Origin: a virus
Lineage: Duplodnaviria; Caudoviricetes
Length of the DNA: 64,000 bases
Virus record (IMG/VR): IMGVR_UViG_2910903598_000004
Location: 55,964-119,963 of that record
Reading direction: 5' to 3' (one strand)
Position 1 is the stretch's first letter, and the number at the start of each line of letters is the position of its first letter. A program made the position numbers and the translations under genes. This document shows, in pieces, positions 39,595-50,276 of the stretch. Below the pieces are notes generated by a model, which was given only the letters and a program-made list of their open reading frames with translations, did no database searches and was not told the origin of the DNA.

Positions 39595-39677
39595 TTTTTC
39601 TCCTTTTTTGTTTTTTAGATTCCCTATGATTTTTCTTTTACTTTATTTTCTTAATATATTCTTCCAAAAGTTTTGAA

Positions 39678-40058
39678 TTATAAATACACAAATGACTGCG
39701 GAGCATAACTAACTCCAAAATCCTCTAATGTTTTAGGTCGTATGTACTTTTCTACATTCTCTACTTTGTATGCCACAGCTTTATTTCTACCCTTATAATA
39801 TGTATCAAAAAAATCCTTAGTAATTCCTGAAAACTCATTTGTTCGATTCCAGATTTCTTCCGGATCATCAACTAGAACCTCTCTAATATCAGCTTCTCCA
39901 ACAACCTGCATTATGGGAGCGGTTGCATAAATTAACATTTTCTCGATTGGCTTTTTGCAAGCCACTTTTCGGTATTCATATTTTTTTGTTCCGTCCAGAA
40001 TGCTTTTTGCATACTCTGGACGGATTGCAAATATCGCTGCGTTGCTATTTTTCTGCAT
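39678..40058 (-). CDS. ASCH domain protein
   Basis: IRPEYAKSILDGTKKYEYRK, IYATAP, VVGE, APQSFVY. Confidence 0.85.
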   Translation of the reverse strand: MQKNSNAAIFAIRPEYAKSILDGTKKYEYRKVACKKPIEKMLIYATAPIMQVVGEADIREVLVDDPEEIWNRTNEFSGITKDFFDTYYKGRNKAVAYKVENVEKYIRPKTLEDFGVSYAPQSFVYL

Positions 40059-41022
40059 TTTCTTCTCCTTCCTCTGCCTCTTCTGATCTCGAATTCCATA
40101 ATAATGCCATAGCAAAAGCTCCAAAAATTATTACGTGTGTTGTTGGGCTGTCAAATTCTGTTAACATACAATATAGTGCCAAAATAGCATATGCTATTAA
40201 ACCAATATCACGTTTTTTGAAACAATATACATATCCAAACAAAATGGAAAATAAGATTGCAAAATACGAATTTACATCACTATCTGGATAATTTTTATTC
40301 AACCGAGCTGAAAAAAGTAAGAACTTGTCTACTAATCCAGTCATTTTTGTTGTACTTTTTTGATAAAAATCTTTATCTTCAAATAATTGATCATATTTCC
40401 CTGATTTAATTATGCTTTCTCCTTCGATAAATCCATCAGCAGACTTTAAGGAAACTGAAAAATCGGAAGTTAATTTTCGTCCTTTTTTGTCCTGATATTT
40501 TGGCATACCCTCAGATGTTTGACCAGCTCCAAAAGGAGCTTCAAAAGCATATGTTGCAAATATCTTATCTTTACTGTTTTCTATTACTACATTCTTAAAT
40601 CCTTCCATTTCATTTTCTGTAAATCTATGCGGATACAGATATTCTTCTTTTCCTGAAAAAGCAGCAGTTAAAATTCCATTGTTTGATTTGTATTTTAGCT
40701 CACATTCTGGAGTGTATATATAAAAAACATCCACTCCTTTTGCGTATTTTTCATATTCTGCAGCTGTTAATTCAAATTGTGTAACATTATCTGCATAGTC
40801 ATACTTTATTTTTCCTAATTCCTTCTTTTTCGTAATGTTTTTGACATTACATTCATATTTCTCATATCCATTTTTAGTTACTTTTAATTGATCTACTGAA
40901 CATTCTTTTCCGTAAAAATTACGATCATTTTCTAACTTGTCTCTGTTGAGATTAATTACTATCATCGTAATCAATGGAAGTAACAACAAGATGATCAGCA
41001 TATATTTTACCCGTTTTTGCAT
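40045..41022 (-). CDS. Membrane protein, ExDRNFY paralog family (1 of 5)
   Basis: TM-LENDRNFYG...GKYDQLF...TMs. Confidence 0.75.
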   Translation of the reverse strand: MQKRVKYMLIILLLLPLITMIVINLNRDKLENDRNFYGKECSVDQLKVTKNGYEKYECNVKNITKKKELGKIKYDYADNVTQFELTAAEYEKYAKGVDVFYIYTPECELKYKSNNGILTAAFSGKEEYLYPHRFTENEMEGFKNVVIENSKDKIFATYAFEAPFGAGQTSEGMPKYQDKKGRKLTSDFSVSLKSADGFIEGESIIKSGKYDQLFEDKDFYQKSTTKMTGLVDKFLLFSARLNKNYPDSDVNSYFAILFSILFGYVYCFKKRDIGLIAYAILALYCMLTEFDSPTTHVIIFGAFAMALLWNSRSEEAEEGEENAEK

Positions 41023-42230
41023 TTTTCTTCCTTTCTTTTGTTTTGTATTGTTTCATCAATATCATTCATTAATGAATATCCGAAGTAAAAAGCCGCAATT
41101 AAATAAAATATTACATCTAAGACAAAATGTACTTTTTCCCCTTCCTTGTTATAATATACCGCTGCCGAATAATTCATTATCTTGTCTTTTATACCATATT
41201 TTACGTTTTTCTCACGTACATACATTTCAGAATCTGGATACAAACGATCATACCTTCCAGGCTTAATCAAACTTCTGCCATCAATCTTTCCCAATAAGCA
41301 AGTATTTTTTATCAAAATATGTATAGTTGTATATACTGTTCTACCGTCTCTATCATATCCTGACGTGCCATTATCGCATTCATTGACAAAAATTTTATTA
41401 TGACAATTCTTCCAGATAGCTTGTTTAATAACCGCTAATTCTTCATTAGAAAACTTTTTTTCAGTAAAAGATAACTGCTTGTCCATCATTTCCGCGTAAA
41501 TTTTTCCTTTATCAGACTTATAAGAATATACACACCTTTTCTCATACATTGTGACTTTTTTCCGATGATCTTCCTGAAATTTTTTATAATCATTTTCACT
41601 AATGAAAAATATGCTTCCATTTTTTATTATGTAGTAAAATGTTTCATTCTTATTTTTTTGTATCTTTATTTTCTCAAAAGAACATTCGACACCTATTGAT
41701 GAATTGTCCTTAATTTTAATATCTGATAACTTTATCTTATTAGTGTAAAAATTACGATCTGTTTCCCATACATCTCTTTTACTGTCAATGTAATTTCCTA
41801 TTGTATATGGACTCATACTAATAAGACTCATTGTTGCTACTGCAGAAATTATGATTCCTTTTAAAATCCAAGCAACTTTTTGATCTGTATTTATATTACC
41901 CTGTGATATTACTCGTGTGGAGTTATTAGTACATAGAATCGTTATAAATAATACAACTCCTTCTACAAATGTCATGGCTACTGTAATTATCAATGCTGTA
42001 TCTTGTATTCTCTTAAACACACCATTAAAGAAATAAATTTCGCCCAAATATTCAAAAACTAAGAAAGAACAAATTATGAAATTGCACAAAATAACGAATG
42101 ACTGAATTGAATAAATTCGTTTTGATGTTCGTTTTTTCATTTTGTAACTGCATTTAAAAAGATACAGATTGACCGTAAAATTATCAAGGATTAACATCCA
42201 TATAAAAAATTTTCCTATAATTTTTAACAA
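41007..42230 (-). CDS. Membrane protein, ExDRNFY paralog family (2 of 5)
   Basis: Multiple N-terminal TMs, WETDRNFY...PGRYDRLYPD, C-terminal TM. Confidence 0.75.
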   Translation of the reverse strand: MLKIIGKFFIWMLILDNFTVNLYLFKCSYKMKKRTSKRIYSIQSFVILCNFIICSFLVFEYLGEIYFFNGVFKRIQDTALIITVAMTFVEGVVLFITILCTNNSTRVISQGNINTDQKVAWILKGIIISAVATMSLISMSPYTIGNYIDSKRDVWETDRNFYTNKIKLSDIKIKDNSSIGVECSFEKIKIQKNKNETFYYIIKNGSIFFISENDYKKFQEDHRKKVTMYEKRCVYSYKSDKGKIYAEMMDKQLSFTEKKFSNEELAVIKQAIWKNCHNKIFVNECDNGTSGYDRDGRTVYTTIHILIKNTCLLGKIDGRSLIKPGRYDRLYPDSEMYVREKNVKYGIKDKIMNYSAAVYYNKEGEKVHFVLDVIFYLIAAFYFGYSLMNDIDETIQNKRKEEKCKNG

Positions 42231-42260
42231 TTTTATTTCCTCCTGTCTTTTATTTTTTAA

Positions 42261-43220
42261 TCATCCAATAAAAAGAAAAGAAATTATTCCAATAGGAATT
42301 CCAAGGAAAAGTGTGTAGATTAAATCTAAGATAACTAAGAATAAAATAAAACTCATAATATAAATTACAAAATAAGCATATTTCTTTTCACTATCGTAAT
42401 ATAAATCTGCTGCCTTATTCATCATCTTATCTTTCCAATTATATTTTTCTGTTTTATTTGTAAGATACATGTCGGCATCTGGATATAACCGATCATATTT
42501 TCCAGGCATGATCAGACTTTCTCCTTTTACATTTCCATATGTGTTTGTTTCATTGTTCTTTATTGAGAAATCGGTACAAACTTTTTGTTTCTTCCAGTCA
42601 TGATAAATGACATGATTATGTGAATCTGTTCCATATTCATTCACAAAGATTTTATTTTTACACTTTTCCCAAATATCTATTTTCATCTTCTTCAATTCTT
42701 CTTTTGAAAAACTTACTGGATAAAAATGAATCTGATTACCTGTCATTGTTGCATTAATCTTCCCTTTATCAGATTGATAAGAATATTGACAATCCTTTGC
42801 ATACATAGTTACTTCATCACAATTAGCCACATATTTTTTGTAATCTTTTATACTTGCATAAATCTTATTTCCGTTATGTGTTACATAGTAAAATACGTTT
42901 CCATTTGCCTTCCCCTTCCTAAATTTCTTTGAAGAATAAACAATTTGTTTTGAACCGTTCTTATCTAATTTAATACCATCCAATTTGATATTCTTTGCAT
43001 AAAAATTTCGATCAGTTTCCCAATCATTTCTTTTATAATTGATATACACTCCCAAGAAATATCTGCTCAAATACAAAACATTGAAAGCTATAATCAGGAT
43101 TGCAGCTATAATGTATGCTATGACTTTTTTCATTCGTTTTTTTCGTTTCTTTTCTTTTTTATCTTTACTCATCAGATCACTTCCTACTGTTATATCTCTC
43201 AAGCTTAACATCGATTGCAT
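42261..43220 (-). CDS. Membrane protein, ExDRNFY paralog family (3 of 5)
   Basis: TM, WETDRNFY...PGKYDRLYPD, C-terminal TMs; true start probably downstream (MSKDKK or MKKVIA). Confidence 0.75.
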   Translation of the reverse strand: MQSMLSLRDITVGSDLMSKDKKEKKRKKRMKKVIAYIIAAILIIAFNVLYLSRYFLGVYINYKRNDWETDRNFYAKNIKLDGIKLDKNGSKQIVYSSKKFRKGKANGNVFYYVTHNGNKIYASIKDYKKYVANCDEVTMYAKDCQYSYQSDKGKINATMTGNQIHFYPVSFSKEELKKMKIDIWEKCKNKIFVNEYGTDSHNHVIYHDWKKQKVCTDFSIKNNETNTYGNVKGESLIMPGKYDRLYPDADMYLTNKTEKYNWKDKMMNKAADLYYDSEKKYAYFVIYIMSFILFLVILDLIYTLFLGIPIGIISFLFIG

Positions 43221-43518
43221 AATTGAAATCAGATTCAGAAAGGTCCAAATATAATTGCAGTGTATTCAAACAAATTTGAACATCTGCCATTTCCTCAATG
43301 CATCCTGCATTATTTCTCATTGACTCTTTTCCTCGCATGATCTTTGTTAAATGTTTCGTTAATTCGCTCATTTCCTCGATACACACAGCAAATAGTTCAT
43401 TTTGACTATGGTTCTTGGCATAATCTGTATGTATCTTTTTCCGTTTTTCATCCGACATGATTTTCGCATGATCTTGAATCTTTTTATCTAATCGTCTTTC
43501 AAATTCTTTTTCATTCAT
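43177..43518 (-). CDS. MazG-like nucleotide pyrophosphohydrolase
   Basis: IEEMSEL.K...IEEMADV.I acidic motif pair, K..R near C-terminus. Confidence 0.75.
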   Translation of the reverse strand: MNEKEFERRLDKKIQDHAKIMSDEKRKKIHTDYAKNHSQNELFAVCIEEMSELTKHLTKIMRGKESMRNNAGCIEEMADVQICLNTLQLYLDLSESDFNYAIDVKLERYNSRK

Positions 43519-45305
43519 ACGAAATGCACCTCCGCCTGTTCATCTGGCCATATGATTCTCCAAAATTTATCATATCGTTTCTCCAAATTAACTATTTCTT
43601 CAAAAATCCATTGATTGATATGTTCTTCTCGTCCATCTTCTGTTGGCTTAAAGGTCTTAATTTCAATTCCAAAGTCTTCCTGTTCTAGTCCATCTGCCCG
43701 ATCATCCGGAGATAATGCCAATACTTTACTAATCGGCCTGATGTTAAATGACTCTCCTAATCCTGCTAATAAATGAGAAGATCTTGCATTATTATAATAA
43801 GCTTCTAACTGTCCTCTACTTGATCGTGTGGAATCCTCACTCCAAAATGAATGAAGTTTTCTGTATTTACATTCCAGAATAATACTGCCAAGATAAACAT
43901 TTCGCTCATTGTCATATACATTAAGTACAATATCCGGGCGGTTATGATTCCTGCGATCCCCATGCTGCTTTGCAATGTATAATGGGTGATTGATATCCGT
44001 AGCTTCTTTCTCTAATGGCAAACATTGATCATAAACCACATCAACCCTGATTACCGGGTTTGAAAAGCGGACCATAGTACCTTCTTTTAAAAACGGAAAA
44101 AATACTTCACCTTTTAGATCAAAATTCCAATCAGAATATTCCAGATCTAATTTTTCAAAGCAAAAATGACATACTTTGAAAAAACACCACATTTCATACA
44201 GATAGCTGCTTCTCTTCCATGTATAATCAAATTCTGGATTCAAATGAATCTGTACTTCATTCTGCTTTAATTCCATATGCATCTGATAAATGGTATTGTA
44301 GCGTGTATCAAGAATAAATGAATGTGGAATATAAGGTCCGGATAGTTTTCCAACTTTTCCAAACCATTCCTGAGCTTTTAAGATTGCAGTTACCTTTTTT
44401 AATTTTTCTGCTGTTTCTCGAAATTCTAAAAGCATTTCTTTGTTACTTTCTTCTTCCATATTAAAAGATTCCGCATTATCAAGAATAGCAATAAATTCTA
44501 CCAGTTTATCATCGTATTCCTGGAGCATATTTTTTAATAAGCGATTTTCCTGAATGTCATAACATGTCCTTTTGACTGGAATCTTCCATCTGGCATCGCA
44601 TCCAGATCTTGTTGCGTATCTTCTCATGGTTGCTGCATCAAAATTACGTTCATTGTTCTTCTGTAAAGATACATTTTCATATTCCGTAACAATCTCGCAT
44701 TTTGGATTTTCAGCAATATTCATTAAAGCCATGATCACACGTTTTGAATACTTTTTCAGAATCATGAAATCATATAGAATTCGTGGAGGAATTTTTATGT
44801 TTTTATTACCAATTCCAATATTTTTCTGAATAATGTCCTGAGCTAGTCCACGAACTTCTTTTTCCAGATCATCTTTCATCATTTTCCATTCTTTTTTAGA
44901 CATTGCTTTGGGCAGGATGTTTAGCACCCCATAATACCATTTTTCATTGCAGTAAATTGACATTTTAAAAGAGTCAACCCTTAATGTATCTGTTGTGCTG
45001 TCGCTGGAACATAATAAAAAGCTTTCTGGTGATACGGTACGATATAACCGTCCCTCTTCATCTTCAAACAGGTTCTTATCATCATATGGCATGACATCCA
45101 ATGCTTCCAGATATAACCTTGCGTTTTTATCTGCTGAATCAAATAATACTTCTAATGTCTCATTTTCTTCTGCTGCCAAAGTATAAAATCCATTTTCCCA
45201 TATATCACGTTCATTCATACTGAACTTAGAACCAACACTTTCCTTATAACCAGGAAAGCGTTGGATAAGTTTTAAGGTAAATGGAGTCCTAGATACAATA
45301 TCCAT
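43515..45305 (-). CDS. McrC-like DUF2357 / PD-(D/E)XK nuclease
   Basis: YDIQENRLLK, LYEMWCF, RPDIVL, ILECKYR; directly downstream of McrB-like GTPase. Confidence 0.85.
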   Translation of the reverse strand: MDIVSRTPFTLKLIQRFPGYKESVGSKFSMNERDIWENGFYTLAAEENETLEVLFDSADKNARLYLEALDVMPYDDKNLFEDEEGRLYRTVSPESFLLCSSDSTTDTLRVDSFKMSIYCNEKWYYGVLNILPKAMSKKEWKMMKDDLEKEVRGLAQDIIQKNIGIGNKNIKIPPRILYDFMILKKYSKRVIMALMNIAENPKCEIVTEYENVSLQKNNERNFDAATMRRYATRSGCDARWKIPVKRTCYDIQENRLLKNMLQEYDDKLVEFIAILDNAESFNMEEESNKEMLLEFRETAEKLKKVTAILKAQEWFGKVGKLSGPYIPHSFILDTRYNTIYQMHMELKQNEVQIHLNPEFDYTWKRSSYLYEMWCFFKVCHFCFEKLDLEYSDWNFDLKGEVFFPFLKEGTMVRFSNPVIRVDVVYDQCLPLEKEATDINHPLYIAKQHGDRRNHNRPDIVLNVYDNERNVYLGSIILECKYRKLHSFWSEDSTRSSRGQLEAYYNNARSSHLLAGLGESFNIRPISKVLALSPDDRADGLEQEDFGIEIKTFKPTEDGREEHINQWIFEEIVNLEKRYDKFWRIIWPDEQAEVHFV

Positions 45306-47274
45306 ATGCCCCTAACTCCTTTTGTTTTTCGCTGATTACTTTTCTACATTTCTTAAAATCTGATAGCTCGCTATATTTATCAAAGATTTGATTAAATCCT
45401 GTATTACTTTTTCCATTCAGCAGTCGCCCAATCTGAATTTCTGGTCCGCGAACCTTTGTTAATATTCTCTGTGCAATCTGATAATCTAATGCTACACCTT
45501 TATTAAATCCATTAATCTCTGTCTTAGGAAGATTATTGATGTACATTTTAATAGCTTTTACAATTCGTGGTCCGACTCCATATTTAGCACTGGCTGACTG
45601 TAAAAGCTGGTGAATTTCCCACAATAATTCTTGCACCTTATCTGCTTTAATATCAACATCTTTATTGATTAACGCATCATATTCATCTTTAGACCATGTT
45701 GGTGTGATCAGACTTGCATATTGCTTCTTTGTCCATTCTTTCGAATAATCCAGAACATCTAATTCAATTACATTAGCACGATCCAGTACCTTATCAGAAA
45801 AATGATATGTAGATTCATCGATGTTAACTGTTCCAATAAATCGGATATTATCCCCGATGATAATCTTGCTTGGATATGTTGCTGAATTATATAACTGTCC
45901 GGCATACTGACTATCATATAATTGTAATTCTCTCTGATTTTCTGGACGTTCTAATAATGATAAGAACTGGCTGAAATAATGTTCAACTCTAGCAAGATTC
46001 ATTTCATCAAAGCAGACAATAAATAATTTTCCTTTATTTTCTTCCTTTTGTGCATTGACCAGAAAATCAACGAATCCGGTATCTGATGGACGATAAACAT
46101 TATGAACCAGATCAACATATCCAAGCAGATCGGCATCATCATTCCAAGATGGTCGCACTGGAACAAACAGTAATCGATCATCTTCCAGGTTATTTCTGAT
46201 TCCTAATGCCCTTGCATAAATTTCAACTAAAGCAGATTTCCCAGTACCACTAAGTCCGGATAGAATTACAAGATTGCTGCACTTGATTGCTGTATGTACA
46301 TTGACAAAATCTTTCATGTTATAGAACAAGTTTCTCTTCTGACTGTGATAATCCATCATCTGAATTAGTAACTCATCACTGTATTCTTTTGTATTAACCT
46401 CTTTTAATTCTTCCTGAGCATCATTAACTGTCTCTGTAAAACTCTCTGCCTTTTCCTGATTCTGTTTTGTTACTGGTTCTTTTTTCTTTGCCTCTAATTT
46501 TTTTGTTCTTTCAACTTCTGCTTTCAAAATTTGATCTTCAATCTGTTTATAAATCGTTTCCGGAACAAAAGCTAATGTTGGATTAGCATCCACATCATAG
46601 ACAATCTTTTCTGCCTGATCACTGATATCAATTTTCAATAGTTCCTGTCCTTCTTTTTCTAAGATCAATCCTCGCTGCGAATTATATCGGCAATTTGCAA
46701 TCTTCCCGATCACATACAATTTCTGATTCTGATTTTTCCAGATTACAAATGATGGCTGACTCTCTGTTGCATCGTATCCATAGGTACTTCCTAATGGCTG
46801 TTTTGCTTTGATACAATCACAAAATTCATCTAATGTATTATAGTTTCTGTATAAGCTCCACTGACTTTCCAGTTCCCATTCTCTTACGATCTCATCTGTA
46901 GCAGCAGAAAACACCGGAACTCCTTTAAAATATTCATCTTCATTAAATTTTACTGGCTTATTAACAAGATGAACTTTTGTCATTCTTTCAAATTCGCCAT
47001 CATTTGCTTTGAAATTATAGATAAACAATTTGTCATAGATATGATCCCAGAACTTTTCTACCCTTTCTTCATCTGAACGATATTCATCATCAAATTTCTG
47101 ATCATTCTCAAATGAATTCATATATCCAGTAAATAATTTATCTGATTTATAGTCGCTCATCATTGACTTAACAACATACTGTATTGCTGACTTTGTATTG
47201 ATAAACACACCTTTTCTTTTTGTATCTTTTTCAAGTGCCAGTGTCCCTATAATCTGCATATCTTCCTGATTCAT
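45289..47274 (-). CDS. McrB-like AAA+ GTPase
   Basis: ILSGLSGTGKS, VRPSW.D..DLLGY, FDEMNLARVEHYFS, GTVNIDES (NxD), KVLDRAN. Confidence 0.9.
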   Translation of the reverse strand: MNQEDMQIIGTLALEKDTKRKGVFINTKSAIQYVVKSMMSDYKSDKLFTGYMNSFENDQKFDDEYRSDEERVEKFWDHIYDKLFIYNFKANDGEFERMTKVHLVNKPVKFNEDEYFKGVPVFSAATDEIVREWELESQWSLYRNYNTLDEFCDCIKAKQPLGSTYGYDATESQPSFVIWKNQNQKLYVIGKIANCRYNSQRGLILEKEGQELLKIDISDQAEKIVYDVDANPTLAFVPETIYKQIEDQILKAEVERTKKLEAKKKEPVTKQNQEKAESFTETVNDAQEELKEVNTKEYSDELLIQMMDYHSQKRNLFYNMKDFVNVHTAIKCSNLVILSGLSGTGKSALVEIYARALGIRNNLEDDRLLFVPVRPSWNDDADLLGYVDLVHNVYRPSDTGFVDFLVNAQKEENKGKLFIVCFDEMNLARVEHYFSQFLSLLERPENQRELQLYDSQYAGQLYNSATYPSKIIIGDNIRFIGTVNIDESTYHFSDKVLDRANVIELDVLDYSKEWTKKQYASLITPTWSKDEYDALINKDVDIKADKVQELLWEIHQLLQSASAKYGVGPRIVKAIKMYINNLPKTEINGFNKGVALDYQIAQRILTKVRGPEIQIGRLLNGKSNTGFNQIFDKYSELSDFKKCRKVISEKQKELGAYGYCI

Positions 47275-48278
47275 AGCCTGTCCCCTCCTTGTAATTTCTT
47301 TTGTAATGCTTTCCAGTCCCTAGCCTGTAATATTTTTTGGTTAGCATACTTTTCTGCAACCTTGATTAAATCTGCATGTGTAAGCCCACTTCTGATGTAC
47401 CAGATTTGATCAAACACTGTTTCTGTATAAATCTTTTTATTTAACTCTTCAAGATCCGTTAGAAAATAGATATTATATCCTTTGATCAAAACATCTGCCG
47501 GATTTTTTGTAACACATAATACTTTCGGATCTGAAACTCCTGATGTTTTTGATAAAACAATGTTCTTCTTAGGCTTATATTTTCCTCTTATTTTCTCTTT
47601 TAATTTGCTGTTTTCAATACTTAATGCAATGATTCTGTCATTATATTCTTTTACTGCAGTATCTTTCCCTTGTTTTGTCTTTTCGTTTTCTCTGATCAAT
47701 CTTCCATTTTCTTTCTTAACTCTGTTATTTTCTTGTTCCAGGTTACTGCATTTAATTTTTAAATTCTGAATGTTTTCTTTATATTTCTTTCCACGATTTT
47801 TCCAATTATCTATTTCCGCTTTTAACTTCTCATTTTCTTTTTTTAATAAATCATCCTGAATAGAAGCATTCTTATTTTTAGAAGTTTCTTTTATTTCTTC
47901 TGAATCGTTTTTTGTATCGTCTTTTGGTTGATTTTCTAATTGATTGAAGTATTCCTCAATTTCTTCATGGGAATCTGGATCTGTTATCCATCTCACTACG
48001 TTGTATAGCAAATATGTCTCATCATTTCGATCCTCTGCCATTTTTATCATTGCTTCAATTAATAGTTCATAATTATGTTTTCCACCTTTTCGGATTTTTC
48101 TATTTAAAACAACATCGTTATTAATAAATTCGACTTTTGGCCGCCATTTCTTATCACTTCGCTGATTAGCGATTCCAGGAACCCAAAAGCCACGAAACCA
48201 CACTTTATTAATAAGGATTTTATAATCTTCTGCATTCATGTGGTTCAGGATCTTTTTTACAAGTTCGCATTCATTCAC
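47271..48278 (-). CDS. Coiled-coil accessory protein of the McrBC-like operon (CnuA-like)
   Basis: Helical N-domain, long heptad coiled coil, C-terminal alpha/beta domain; ATGA overlap with the McrB-like gene. Confidence 0.65.
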   Translation of the reverse strand: MNECELVKKILNHMNAEDYKILINKVWFRGFWVPGIANQRSDKKWRPKVEFINNDVVLNRKIRKGGKHNYELLIEAMIKMAEDRNDETYLLYNVVRWITDPDSHEEIEEYFNQLENQPKDDTKNDSEEIKETSKNKNASIQDDLLKKENEKLKAEIDNWKNRGKKYKENIQNLKIKCSNLEQENNRVKKENGRLIRENEKTKQGKDTAVKEYNDRIIALSIENSKLKEKIRGKYKPKKNIVLSKTSGVSDPKVLCVTKNPADVLIKGYNIYFLTDLEELNKKIYTETVFDQIWYIRSGLTHADLIKVAEKYANQKILQARDWKALQKKLQGGDRL

Positions 48279-48321
48279 GTCACATCACGTCCTTTTCCTT
48301 GTTTTCTTTTGTCAGCTTATT

Positions 48322-48852
48322 TCAAGAACATCTATTCTTCTCTAACATCTGATCAACTTCTTTTGTTACATCTACACAACTGATTTTTTTAGGCCATGTT
48401 TTTAAGATAATGCAAGAAATATCTATCTGTGCAATACAACTTCCATCGTTCAGTTCTAAATATTTGTAAACAAAATAATCTCCGAGACCTTTATCAATAG
48501 ATTCCTGCTCAATTTTTAATATACATGGCATATCAGTGCTATATCCAACTCCAAATCCAGTAACATACACTCTTTCACCATATTTTTCATAGAACTTCTT
48601 TAATGGTTTCATTGTTTTGATCCATTTTCCGCTTCTTTTCTTTTCTACTTCATTGGTCTTAATCTTTGATTCATCTCTTATAATCGTTTTATGTTCTTGA
48701 TCTTGAATATGAAAGATAGCTTTTAATACTTCTGCTGCTTCTTTGCAAAGACTTGTCTTTGCAATTTTTCTTCCGTCCTGAATTGCCTGATCTAACTGAC
48801 ATAATTCATCGATCATCTTTTCTATTTCTTTTTTTGTTTTCACAATAAGCAC
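48322..48852 (-). CDS. Hypothetical protein
   Basis: 176 aa, GTG start with GGAGG RBS. Confidence 0.65.
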   Translation of the reverse strand: MLIVKTKKEIEKMIDELCQLDQAIQDGRKIAKTSLCKEAAEVLKAIFHIQDQEHKTIIRDESKIKTNEVEKKRSGKWIKTMKPLKKFYEKYGERVYVTGFGVGYSTDMPCILKIEQESIDKGLGDYFVYKYLELNDGSCIAQIDISCIILKTWPKKISCVDVTKEVDQMLEKNRCS

Positions 48853-48890
48853 CTCCGTTCCTTATATTTTTAATTAGGATCAATTAATTT

Positions 48891-48955
48891 TCTGCTACCA
48901 GCAGATTTCGCCTTTGCGAATTATTTCGATGCTTTCTTATTTTTACACAAACTGC
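48891..48955 (-). ncRNA. tracrRNA-like scaffold A (fused to array A)
   Basis: Anti-repeat GCAGTTT-GTG-TAAAAAT, nexus AAGA-AAGCA-TCG, hairpins TTCGC-AAAG-GCGAA and TCTGCT-GGT-AGCAGA. Confidence 0.8.
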
Positions 48956-48964
48956 TTATTTGAC

Positions 48965-49050
48965 CATTGACGATGGTTCTGTTTTACAGTCTTCTAAAAC
49001 GGCAGTAGAGAGCTGGGGTTTGCCGCCTTTCATTGACAATGATTCCGTTT
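48965..49050 (-). CRISPR. Type II-like mini-array A (1 full + 1 partial repeat, one 30-nt spacer)
   Basis: Repeat 48965-49000 GTTTTAGAAGACTGTAAAACAGAACCATCGTCAATG (36 nt); spacer 49001-49030; partial repeat 49031-49050. Confidence 0.8.
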
Positions 49051-49103
49051 CTTTAATCGTATAGACCATTTTTCAGTAATTATACTTACAATCAATAATA
49101 TTC

Positions 49104-50276
49104 TTAGAAAAACCTAAATTTATCCTTTTGATCACTCGGTACCGCATAAATACGTTTGATTTTCTGTCCAATATATAATTTGTCTAAAATATCCGTAATT
49201 TTCTTGCCTTCATCTGTTTTCTCTTCATCTTGACTTTCATGCGTATAAGCAATATCATACTCTGGTTCTGGATTTGTAACATGAAACATTAACATTCTTT
49301 TATCCTTATCAATATAGTTATTTGAAAAATTCATTGGAAATTCGCCAATATATTCTCCAACATAAGATAATGGACGAATATTATCTGGAAGATATATACT
49401 CATATCAGTAATTGTATTGTCATACAGCTGCCATTCTTTTATTTTTCCACTTAATGTTGCCTGATTTTCAAATTCTACAATAATTTTTATGTTCTTATAC
49501 TGACTTATTCTGATAATATTAAGATCATTAATAGCTTCCTGAAATTTTAATCCATTGTTTAGTTCGAAAGCAATGGACCGTAAACAGTCATAGTTAAGAT
49601 TCATTCGTACACTAAAAGCAATCACATTTTCAATTTCATCATAATATTGCTTGTCTAACTTATCTTCCATATAATCACGAATTTCATCTGCTGTTGGATA
49701 TAAAAATCTAAAATGATAATGAAATCTTCCAGGACGATTTATCAAATATTGACTTAAACTTTGAATCTCATTACATGTAATCACAAACAGTTTCTTTCCT
49801 GCACTTACTCCATCAAATAAAGATAACATCTCCGCTTGACAATTATGTTTCTTTTCATCAAAAGTTTTATCGTATTCATCAAACAGTATCATAACTGTTT
49901 GCTCAATTTCTTCAAGAAAGTTTGCAATTCCCTCATGATATTCATTAACCAATATAACAGGTATCCCTTTTTTTCTTGCTTTCAATCCTAAACACTTAGA
50001 AAAAAGTGACTTTCCAATTCCTTTATCTCCACTTAGAATTACTCCAAGATTTCGATTCATCTTATCCATGGAATTCAACACTTTCTTGACTTTATCTAAA
50101 TGCTGACCATAAATTTTTGTTTCTGGAATCTCAAAATCGTGTGCTTCTAGTAAAGAAAAAATTCTTGTTTCTGGATCATAATCCACCCGATAAGTTTTTG
50201 GTGGTAGTTGATCGTACGTGGTAATCGCATTATTAAAAATTCTATATCTTTTACCTGATTCTACAATATGCATCAA
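49104..50276 (-). CDS. AAA+ ATPase
   Basis: LSGDKGIGKS, ILFDEYDK, ITCN, INRPGRF. Confidence 0.85.
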   Translation of the reverse strand: MMHIVESGKRYRIFNNAITTYDQLPPKTYRVDYDPETRIFSLLEAHDFEIPETKIYGQHLDKVKKVLNSMDKMNRNLGVILSGDKGIGKSLFSKCLGLKARKKGIPVILVNEYHEGIANFLEEIEQTVMILFDEYDKTFDEKKHNCQAEMLSLFDGVSAGKKLFVITCNEIQSLSQYLINRPGRFHYHFRFLYPTADEIRDYMEDKLDKQYYDEIENVIAFSVRMNLNYDCLRSIAFELNNGLKFQEAINDLNIIRISQYKNIKIIVEFENQATLSGKIKEWQLYDNTITDMSIYLPDNIRPLSYVGEYIGEFPMNFSNNYIDKDKRMLMFHVTNPEPEYDIAYTHESQDEEKTDEGKKITDILDKLYIGQKIKRIYAVPSDQKDKFRFF

